The notes below the pieces were generated by a model that saw only the letters and a program-made list of their open reading frames with translations, did no database searches and was not told the DNA's origin. A stretch of 64,000 nucleotides of DNA from Nitrospinales bacterium. Lineage in GTDB: Bacteria; Nitrospinota; Nitrospinia; Nitrospinales; VA-1. The stretch lies in the NCBI GenBank assembly GCA_965223345.1, contig CBDCWG010000012.1, positions 96,001 through 160,000 on the forward strand, given 5' to 3'. A program made the translations under genes and the position numbers. Positions 50,202-57,714 of the stretch are shown piece by piece. How positions within the stretch are numbered: the stretch's first letter is position 1; each line of letters begins with the position of its first letter.

Positions 50202-50666
50202 TCAGTCCTGGATGATGACGGCGGAGTTGCTGAAGCCGTTCTGGCGGACGGTGGCGCCGTTGATGTCGCCGTTCTGCAGCACGGCCGCGTTGTTGTTGAT
50301 GCCGTGCTGATTCAGCTGCGTGTCGTTGCGGTAGCCGTCCTGGGTCACGGTGGCGTTGTTCAGCAGACCGTGCTGGGAGACATGCGCGTTGTTGTTGCAG
50401 CCTTTCATGGCCACAGAAACGCCGTTCAGATCTCCGTGCTGAGCCGAGGAAGCGTTGTTGAAGCCGCAGTTATAAGGAAGGTGCATCGGGCTGGTGCGCT
50501 TCATGCCGTACTGCTTTTTCATCATCGGGGCGCGCTTCCAGTCTTTCTTCATCATGACGCCGCGCTGCATCTTGCCTTTGCGCTCGAGGGTCAGAGCGTC
50601 GCTGTTGCCAGCGTTGAGGAAGGTGAATACGGCGACGAGGGCGATGGCGATTGCTGATTTTTTCAT
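50202..50666 (-). CDS. Curlin-repeat protein 9 (divergent, two Cys)
   Basis: Signal peptide, K/M/R-rich leader, repeats NNASSAQHG/NNAHVSQHG/NNATVTQDG etc. Confidence 0.9.
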   Translation of the reverse strand: MKKSAIAIALVAVFTFLNAGNSDALTLERKGKMQRGVMMKKDWKRAPMMKKQYGMKRTSPMHLPYNCGFNNASSAQHGDLNGVSVAMKGCNNNAHVSQHGLLNNATVTQDGYRNDTQLNQHGINNNAAVLQNGDINGATVRQNGFSNSAVIIQD

Positions 50667-50768
50667 TTTGAGTTCTCCTTTGGGTTGAGTGTTGGATTTG
50701 GTTTTTGGTTTTCTTTATTAAATTTCGATGACGAATTCGAAGGATTCAATCGGTCTTGCCCCAGAGTA

Positions 50769-50970
50769 TTGCAGGCGGCATGCCAAAACAGATGACCCTT
50801 TGTTTCCAGACATTTAAAAAGAAAACCCGTTTTCATACCGGTTGCATGGCAGCGGGTTCCATGCATGGTTCCATGCATTCCAAGCGCGGGAGACCGCACG
50901 GTGGGCAACAAAAAGCTCCTTGTTTTTTAAGTGGTTGGGCCTCGAATCCTGTTTGGCACGCCACCTGCAA
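50769..50970. promoter_or_regulatory. Divergent sigma-54 promoters (curlin 9 and csgG) sharing a central enhancer cluster
   Basis: Minus TTGGCATGCCGCCTGCAA (50769-50786); plus TTGGCACGCCACCTGCAA (50953-50970); TGCATGG/CCATGCATGG/CCATGCAT cluster at 50843-50878. Confidence 0.9.
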
Positions 50971-51036
50971 TAACCAGGAGCGAGAAGCTTGATTTCAGAA
51001 GAGTCCACTGTTTAAGAATTTGAAAGGGAATGCAAA

Positions 51037-52119
51037 ATGAAAACGTTCAACTTAACTTTCACGGCTATACTGGCCTTGCTGCTCCTGACGGGCTGCGGTT
51101 CCGTGAATGGAGGCGTGGGGACGTCCTACTCCACCACCGCCACCAATTACGGAGACACCGGCAACTACAGTCCGGAAGGGAAGCAGGAGGAAACGTCCCC
51201 GGACATCCGGATCGAAGAGCCGCCGAAGCCGGTGATCCGCAAGGCGCAATTTAAAAAGACCATCGCGGTCTCGCGGTTTGAGAACCGCACCACCGCGGCC
51301 GGTCAGATCAATCTGGGAAGCGGGATGTCCGACCAGCTGACCAACTCCCTGGTGCAGAGCGACAATTTCGTGGTTCTGGAACGGCAGGGGCTGTCGGACG
51401 TGCTGCAGGAACAGGATTTCGCCCGCAGCGGCCGGGCGCGCAAGAGCACGACCGCGCAGACGGGCCAGGTGATTCCGGCGCAGATCCTCATTAAGGGCAC
51501 GATCACCGAATTCCAGCAGCAGGAATCGGGCAGCGGCGCCGGCGTCAGCTACATGGGCTTCACGGTCGGCACCGAATCCACCGAAGCGCACGTCGCGCTG
51601 ATCCTGCGGATCATCGACACCACGTCGGGGCAGGTCCTCGATTCGGTGCGGCTGGAAGGCAAGGCCCGGGGCACCGGCTACAAATTCGGCGTCTCCTACA
51701 TGGGCGTCGGTTTCGAAGCCGAGAAATTCGCCAACACGGCATTGAACAAGGCGGTGCAGACGGTGATCGACCAGGCCACCCAGATGATCGCGCGCAACCT
51801 GAACGAAATTCCGTTCGAAGGCAAGATCATCAAGGTGCAGGACGACACTTTTTACACCAACATCGGCGCGCGCAACCGGGTTTCCGGCGGGGACGTGTTC
51901 GATGTGTACTCCCCCGGCGCCGAGCTGGTCGATCCGGACACCGGCGAGAAACTCGGTTCGCTGAAGAAAAAAGTGGGAACGGTGGTGATCTCCATGCCGA
52001 AGGAAAAATTCTCCAAGGCGTTCTCTTCGCAGGGTGAACTGTACAAGGAAGGCTACATCCTGAGGGAGAAAGGCACCAACGTCTCCGACGAACCTCTGGA
52101 TACGTTTGGAGAAAGCTGA
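51037..52119 (+). CDS. csgG: CsgG/HfaB family outer-membrane lipoprotein (putative curli secretion channel) with extra C-terminal domain
   Basis: Lipobox LTGC; IAVSRFENRT, FVVLERQGL..VLQEQ, IKGTITEF, LRIIDTTSGQV motifs; adjacent to curlin genes. Confidence 0.85.
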   Translation: MKTFNLTFTAILALLLLTGCGSVNGGVGTSYSTTATNYGDTGNYSPEGKQEETSPDIRIEEPPKPVIRKAQFKKTIAVSRFENRTTAAGQINLGSGMSDQLTNSLVQSDNFVVLERQGLSDVLQEQDFARSGRARKSTTAQTGQVIPAQILIKGTITEFQQQESGSGAGVSYMGFTVGTESTEAHVALILRIIDTTSGQVLDSVRLEGKARGTGYKFGVSYMGVGFEAEKFANTALNKAVQTVIDQATQMIARNLNEIPFEGKIIKVQDDTFYTNIGARNRVSGGDVFDVYSPGAELVDPDTGEKLGSLKKKVGTVVISMPKEKFSKAFSSQGELYKEGYILREKGTNVSDEPLDTFGES

Positions 52120-52211
52120 TCGACAAGCAGGAAAGCAACCAACATTTTGCATTCAAACTTCTTCTGGAACGTTCAACATACATTTTCGAACCCTAAATCG
52201 AGGAACCCGAC

Positions 52212-52970
52212 ATGAAACGCTTTATCAACATCAACACGGAAACCATCAACCTGAGCGGCAAGCCGGCTCTGTTGAAAGCGGCGCTGATCGCAGCCGCGCT
52301 GATCGCCTCTCCGCTGAGCGCCTTCGCCCAGCAGGGCCAGAGCGTCTACGAGCAGAGCTACCAGACCACGTACGGCAACCCGTACCAGCAGGAGTCTTTC
52401 CAGCAGAACCAGCTTTCCTACGGCGCGTTCCCGGAATCCCGCCGGCCTGAGTTCAACAATTTTTACGGTGCGGAAGATCGGGCCATTTTCAGTGAAGAAA
52501 AAATGAAGCAGGACAAGTTTGACGACCTGCAGCGCGAGCTTCTGGAGACGGAACTGAGAATTCAGCGCAATGCCGCGAGAGAGCAGGAGAATTTCTTCGA
52601 TCAGAACCAGGGCGGCGGCTCGGGTGGCCAGGGTGGACAAGGCGGCCAGGGTGGCTCGGCTGGAGGTCCCGGCGGCGGCCAGGGCGGCGGTGGATTCGTC
52701 GGCGGTGGCGGCGGTTTTGGCGGTGGATTCGGTGGCGGCTTCGGCGGCAGCCTGATCCAGGGCGACAACAACCAGATCATCGTGCAGACCGGCCAGGGCA
52801 ACAGCAACCTCTCCCAGCAGGGTGACGGCAACGACGCCCAGTCCCGCAGCACCAGTGGCAGCGGCGGATCGGGAAACCAGGCGGAAGCCGCGCAGTCGGG
52901 AGACGGCAACAGCAGCTCGATCTTCCAGGAAGGCATCGGCAACAGCGCGAGCATTTCGCAGAGCAAATGA
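52212..52970 (+). CDS. Curlin-repeat protein 10: helical N-domain, Gly-rich linker, C-terminal curlin repeats (minor subunit/nucleator candidate)
   Basis: Signal peptide ending AFA; GGQG/GGGF linker; NQAEAAQSGDGNSSSIFQEGIGNSASISQ. Confidence 0.8.
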   Translation: MKRFININTETINLSGKPALLKAALIAAALIASPLSAFAQQGQSVYEQSYQTTYGNPYQQESFQQNQLSYGAFPESRRPEFNNFYGAEDRAIFSEEKMKQDKFDDLQRELLETELRIQRNAAREQENFFDQNQGGGSGGQGGQGGQGGSAGGPGGGQGGGGFVGGGGGFGGGFGGGFGGSLIQGDNNQIIVQTGQGNSNLSQQGDGNDAQSRSTSGSGGSGNQAEAAQSGDGNSSSIFQEGIGNSASISQSK

Positions 52971-53128
52971 GTCTTGCGCAGGGATCGCGTCGAAAAAGCT
53001 CAATCGCGTATCTCAATAACGAAGAGGAGCTTTTTCTGCACGGGTCTTTTGGGTTCGACCCGGACGCATCCCGAGTTGCGCGGGACCTTTAACGATCAAC
53101 CCAACAACTTCTCACTGGAGAATCAACC

Positions 53129-53764
53129 ATGAATCGTTCAACGAAAAAACTTGTGATGATCGCCTGGGCTCTCTTGGTTGCACCGGCGGTCTGCTTCGCC
53201 GGCAACAATGCGCCGCACATGGACCCCGGCTACCATCCCTACTTCAAAGAGTTCGCACAACAGAATCCTCATTTGTTCGAGAACGTTCCGCAACACCTGC
53301 AGGAGTACCTGGAACTCGATGCGGCGGATGACGCGCAGGTCGCAGACAGCGGGGAAGCGATGCGCAACGACACCCGGTCTGCGATCGAAGAGCAGATGCG
53401 GCAGGCCGAAGAGAGAATGCGCCGGATGATGGAGCAGCACGAGAAGCAGATGGAATCCGCCGCTGAGGAAGACGGGGCGGTCGTCACCCGGGACGAAAAC
53501 AACAACTCCAAGGTCGTCGTGCAATCCGGAGAGAACAACCGCAAGAACCTCGAGCAGAAAGGTGAGAACAACCGGATGGGTCTGTTCCAGATGGGATCCG
53601 ACAACGAAGGCAACATCTCACAAAGCGGCAAAAACAACCAGGCGATGACCACGCAATCTGGAAAGAACAACAGAAGCACGATCATCCAGAGTGGTTCGGG
53701 CAACAGCGCGAGCATCACACAAGGTAGCAGCTCCAACTCCGCCCAAATAAATCAGGGTGACTGA
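53129..53764 (+). CDS. Curlin-repeat protein 11: acidic coiled-coil N-domain plus about four curlin repeats (CsgB-like candidate)
   Basis: Signal peptide; NEGNISQSGKNNQAMTTQSGKNNRSTIIQSGSGNSASITQ. Confidence 0.85.
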   Translation: MNRSTKKLVMIAWALLVAPAVCFAGNNAPHMDPGYHPYFKEFAQQNPHLFENVPQHLQEYLELDAADDAQVADSGEAMRNDTRSAIEEQMRQAEERMRRMMEQHEKQMESAAEEDGAVVTRDENNNSKVVVQSGENNRKNLEQKGENNRMGLFQMGSDNEGNISQSGKNNQAMTTQSGKNNRSTIIQSGSGNSASITQGSSSNSAQINQGD

Positions 53765-53800
53765 TTGTTGCGGGGGTTATTGCGCCGGAAAGGCTCAATA

Positions 53801-53959
53801 GGGGGACCCCCGGCGGAGGGAGCTGCTGCCACCCAACCAGCAGGAAGAAGACAGTGGACCTTTGCATTCTCAGCACCTCCTCTCCCTTTGGGGAGAGGAG
53901 GCTTCCTGTTTTCTGGATGGCAGCCGCTAACGCATCTCCAATTCCGCCGGAGGCCCCCC
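53801..53959 (-). ncRNA. Candidate structured RNA (nested long stems)
   Basis: Four nested helices; the mismatches in the two outer stems become G-U pairs only on the minus strand. Confidence 0.45.
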
Positions 53960-54145
53960 TCGCAACCGCATGAACCCCGTTCCTCGGAGGAGAAGCCAAA
54001 AAGCCGCACCACGACGCAAACAGAGCGCCGCAACCATCCCAAGCAAACAAATTGACAATCGGGATTTTCCGCAAAATGGCCTTGCACGGCCTATTTCGAT
54101 GTTTTACCCATTGGGGACAGAGGGCCTTTTGGGGGTGATAAAAGT

Positions 54146-54161
54146 CGTGGCTTTCCTCACA
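54146..54161 (+). promoter_or_regulatory. Possible CRP-type box upstream of the crp-family gene
   Basis: CGTGG-N6-TCACA, 8/10 match to TGTGA-N6-TCACA. Confidence 0.4.
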
Positions 54162-54287
54162 CAAATCAGAGACAATAAGTGAAATAAGACGATTGTTTGC
54201 ATGCCAACCCTCTCCCTTGTGGTTGATATTTATCGCCTTTCAGTTGGCAACGGGAGAGGCCAAACGCTTTTGACGGGAACCGGGTGA

Positions 54288-54974
54288 ATGACTTCAAAAC
54301 ATAATTTTTTGAAACAAATCCCTATTTTTTCGGGCCTCACGGATGAGCATCTGGATGAGCTCGCCAACATCTCGATCGAGAAAACCTACCGCAAAAACCA
54401 GGTGATCTTCGATCAGGGAGATCCGGGCAATTCCCTCATCATCCTCAAGTCGGGACTGGTCAAAATATCCCTGGTCGATTCCAACAACCACGAATTCATC
54501 ATCAAGACGTTCGGCGAATGCGATTTCTTCGGCGAGATGGCACTGCTCGAGGGCGGGCTGCGCAGCGCCACCGCCACCGCAGTGGAGGACACCAGCACCC
54601 TCATCATCTTCCGGGAGGATTTCATCCGCCTGATCCAGAAAACCCCTTCGTTCGCCATGAGCATCCTGACGGAGCTGGCGTACCGCCTGCGGCGCACCAC
54701 CGAGAACCTCTCCAACCTCACCTTTTTCGACGCCTATGGCAAAGTGGCCCGCTGCCTGCTGGACCTGCGGGACAAGATCGGACGCGAAGACGGAAACGGA
54801 ACCGAGCTCAACCTGAAGCTTTCCCGGCAGGAGCTGGCGAACATGGCGGGCCTGTCGCGCGAAACCTTCACCCGCATCCTCAAGGAATTTCAGGTGCGCG
54901 GTTGTCTCGACGTGAAGGGGAAAAAGATCGTCATCCTCAACGAAAAAGTCCTGCGGCGCGAAATCAAAATCTGA
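54288..54974 (+). CDS. Crp/Fnr family cyclic-nucleotide-binding transcriptional regulator
   Basis: FFGEMALL...RSATA cNMP pocket; HTH SRQELANMAGLSRETFTR; no N-terminal FNR Cys cluster. Confidence 0.95.
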   Translation: MTSKHNFLKQIPIFSGLTDEHLDELANISIEKTYRKNQVIFDQGDPGNSLIILKSGLVKISLVDSNNHEFIIKTFGECDFFGEMALLEGGLRSATATAVEDTSTLIIFREDFIRLIQKTPSFAMSILTELAYRLRRTTENLSNLTFFDAYGKVARCLLDLRDKIGREDGNGTELNLKLSRQELANMAGLSRETFTRILKEFQVRGCLDVKGKKIVILNEKVLRREIKI

Positions 54975-55038
54975 CCGCAAGGTCCTTCCCCACTCCACTT
55001 CTTCAAGCGAAAATAAAAGGCGGGACGTTGCAAGCGGA

Positions 55039-57312
55039 TTATTTTGAAGTCATGGGATAGACGCCGTCCCAGACTTCCGGCGGCGGGTTCTTTTCAAATT
55101 CCAGGCAGCGCTTTTTGAGCGTCTGGGAGGGACCGTCTTCGGGAAACATCTCGAGGACTTTTTCGAAGAACGGCAACGCCTGCTGCCAGCGGCGGTTTTT
55201 GTAGTGACGCAGGCCCTCCGCAAAAATCGGCAGCATGTCGAGCACGCGCTCGTCCACGTTGCCGGCTTTTCCGATCAATTCGTACACATTCACCGGCGTG
55301 GCGCGGCCCATGACGCGAATGGAATCCAGTTCGCGGACGACGATGAAATCCCGGGCCTGGCTGTAGGTGCTTTCGCCGATCAGACACTGGGTGCCGTATT
55401 CCTTGTTGACCGATTCGAGGCGCGCCGCCAGGTTGACCGAATCGCCGTTCATGCCGTAGTTCATGCGGTTTTTCGAACCCATGTTGCCGACGACCATGAG
55501 CCCGGTGTTGATGCCGACGCGCATGTGCAGTTCGGGTTTCCCCTCCGCCTTCCATTCCTGCCTGAGCTCGGCCAGCCGCTCCTGCATTTCGATGCCCACC
55601 CAGCAGGCCCGCTTCGCGTGTTCGTCGAAATGCAGCGGCGCGCCGAAAAACGACTTGATGGCGTCGCCGTCGTATTTGTCGAGCGTACCCTCGTACTTGA
55701 ACAGGATATTGGTCATTTCGGTCAGGTAGGTGTTGAGGTGGTTCACCAGCTCTTCGGGGCTGAGCTTCTCGGAAAAGCTGGTGAAACCGGCGATGTCGGT
55801 GAACAGCGCAGTCAGTTCCTTCTCCTCCCCGCCCAGCTTGAGTTTCGTGGGATCCTTGAGCAGCTGGTCGATGACCGTGGAAGACAGGTATTTGGTGAAC
55901 ACGCTCTGCACGAACTGCTTCTGCTTGATCTCGGTGTTGTAGCGGTAAATCAGCAGAGCGGCGAGGATCAGCGAGTTTTCCAAGAAGGGGTACACGTCGG
56001 TGATCCAGAACTTTTTATCGACGAACAACCAGTGGCTGAAATAAAACTGGCCGACGACGGTGACCGCCCAGGCCGGCAGCCCGTAAGCGGGGCGGATGCG
56101 GGAATACAGCCAGGTCAGAAAGATTCCCAGAAACACCAGATAGGCGCTGTCGGCGATGGGGATCCAGTCCGGCTGATACAGCGAATTGTTGTGCAGGATG
56201 TTGTCGATGACGGTGGCGTGGATCTCCACGCCGGGGAACGCGGAATCGAACGGCGTCAGCTTGATGTTTTCCAGTCCGGCTGCGGTGGCGCCGATCAACA
56301 CGATTTTGTCTTTCAGACTGCCCAGCGGCACTTCCTCGATGCGGTTGTGGATGATGTCGGTCACCGAGTAGTGGGGAAAGGTTTTGCCTTTGCCGACGAA
56401 GTTGATCTGCGCTTCGCCTTTTTCGTTGGTGAGGATTTTCAGGGGCACATCGCCATCGAGCAGAACGGTCTCGACGCCGACTTCATCGACGCGGAACAGC
56501 AGGGTGCCGTCGAGATATTTCTCAAGCACGCGCACGGCCAGCGGCGGGAAATAATAATCTTGCCGGGTGCCGGAGTCGTGATACTTTACGATGAGGGGCA
56601 GTTGCCGGATGGAGCGGTCGGCTTCCACGTCGATGCTGATGAAACCCACGTCCTTGACCGCTTTCGACAGGACGGGAATGTTCGATTCCACCGCGTAGGC
56701 CGAACGGAAATCGATGGCGGAAAGATCGACGTCTTCGTTGGCTTTGATGAAGCCCACAAACTGCGCCGGTTTGATGTTGTTGAAAAAACCGTGCATGGCG
56801 CTGGCGCTCAAGTGGCCCACGCCTTCGGGATCGAAGTGGAAGAAATAGCCGAGCACCGCGCGCCGGGACTTGCCCAGAACTTCGGCGAACTGGTTGTCGT
56901 AATTGGAAGCGCGGATGTAGCCTTCGAGGGTTTTGAGCACCTCGTCGTCGGTTTTCGGATTGCCTTCGAGTTCCTGGTAGAGTTTCCAGAGTTTCTGGAT
57001 TCCCGAGCTGTCGTCGCGGGACGAGAACACCATGTCGAAGCCCATCACCCGGACATCCCGCTCGACCAGCCGGTCCACCAGTTCGGTCAGTTTTCTGCGC
57101 GGCCAGGGCCAGCGGCCCAGCTCGTCGATGCTTTTTTCGTCGATCGCGGCGATCACCACTTCCGGGCCGGGCGGCAGCGGGCCGCGCAGCCGGAAATGGG
57201 CGTTTTGATACATCCTCTCGAACGGACGCAACAGGGCGGGAAGAAACCAGTGGGCCGACACCATCACTGCGGTGATCAACAATCCGATGATCCAGGGAGT
57301 CCACTTCTTCAT
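55039..57312 (-). CDS. CHASE2-domain class III adenylate/guanylate cyclase with C-terminal TPR
   Basis: IDEKSIDELGRWPWPR, PGVEIHATVIDN, three TMs, FTDIAGFT, KYDGDAI, GDSVNLAARLE. Confidence 0.95.
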   Translation of the reverse strand: MKKWTPWIIGLLITAVMVSAHWFLPALLRPFERMYQNAHFRLRGPLPPGPEVVIAAIDEKSIDELGRWPWPRRKLTELVDRLVERDVRVMGFDMVFSSRDDSSGIQKLWKLYQELEGNPKTDDEVLKTLEGYIRASNYDNQFAEVLGKSRRAVLGYFFHFDPEGVGHLSASAMHGFFNNIKPAQFVGFIKANEDVDLSAIDFRSAYAVESNIPVLSKAVKDVGFISIDVEADRSIRQLPLIVKYHDSGTRQDYYFPPLAVRVLEKYLDGTLLFRVDEVGVETVLLDGDVPLKILTNEKGEAQINFVGKGKTFPHYSVTDIIHNRIEEVPLGSLKDKIVLIGATAAGLENIKLTPFDSAFPGVEIHATVIDNILHNNSLYQPDWIPIADSAYLVFLGIFLTWLYSRIRPAYGLPAWAVTVVGQFYFSHWLFVDKKFWITDVYPFLENSLILAALLIYRYNTEIKQKQFVQSVFTKYLSSTVIDQLLKDPTKLKLGGEEKELTALFTDIAGFTSFSEKLSPEELVNHLNTYLTEMTNILFKYEGTLDKYDGDAIKSFFGAPLHFDEHAKRACWVGIEMQERLAELRQEWKAEGKPELHMRVGINTGLMVVGNMGSKNRMNYGMNGDSVNLAARLESVNKEYGTQCLIGESTYSQARDFIVVRELDSIRVMGRATPVNVYELIGKAGNVDERVLDMLPIFAEGLRHYKNRRWQQALPFFEKVLEMFPEDGPSQTLKKRCLEFEKNPPPEVWDGVYPMTSK

Positions 57313-57714
57313 GTCAGAAAAAGCACCGGTCGGCCGGACACGTGCGTCCGTATTGTTTGATTTTTAATTGCGAAACCGCGCTCAAGGCGCACTTGAGACT
57401 CCGCGATCGTTTCGCATGCGAGATAAAAACGCGCATCATGTAAGAAGACTCCTTAATAAGAATCGTCTTCATGAAGCATTGGTACGGGGCAAAGTCAACC
57501 CTCAGATTATAAGAGGGTTGATTTAAAAACAAGAATTTAACAAATTTTTTTTACGAGTGGCGATCTTTCAGGGCAGCGGTTTCGGCGGACGGATCAAATG
57601 CATTGATATTCCTGCCCAACGGGCTAATCAGTTGATCCGTTTTCCTAAAAATGTCATGATTGTTTGACGCCCTGCCCCATTGACGTGATTTTTTTTTCGC
57701 ACAGGAAATGGCCC

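Noticed and set aside
43098..50970. Regularly recurring repeats suggestive of a CRISPR array, integron cassettes or MITEs
   Set aside because: The repeats are promoters, terminators and paralogous coding sequence. There are no constant-length repeat-spacer units, cas genes, integrase, attC structure or transposase.
43171..53764. Assigning csgA or csgB symbols to individual curlin genes
   Set aside because: Repeat pattern supports the family, but major versus nucleator roles cannot be determined by eye.
57593..57607. ATCAA-N5-TTGAT palindrome near the cyclase/FecR divergent region as an FNR box
   Set aside because: Half-sites are in the wrong order and spacing for TTGAT-N4-ATCAA, and the local Crp-family protein lacks the FNR Cys cluster.
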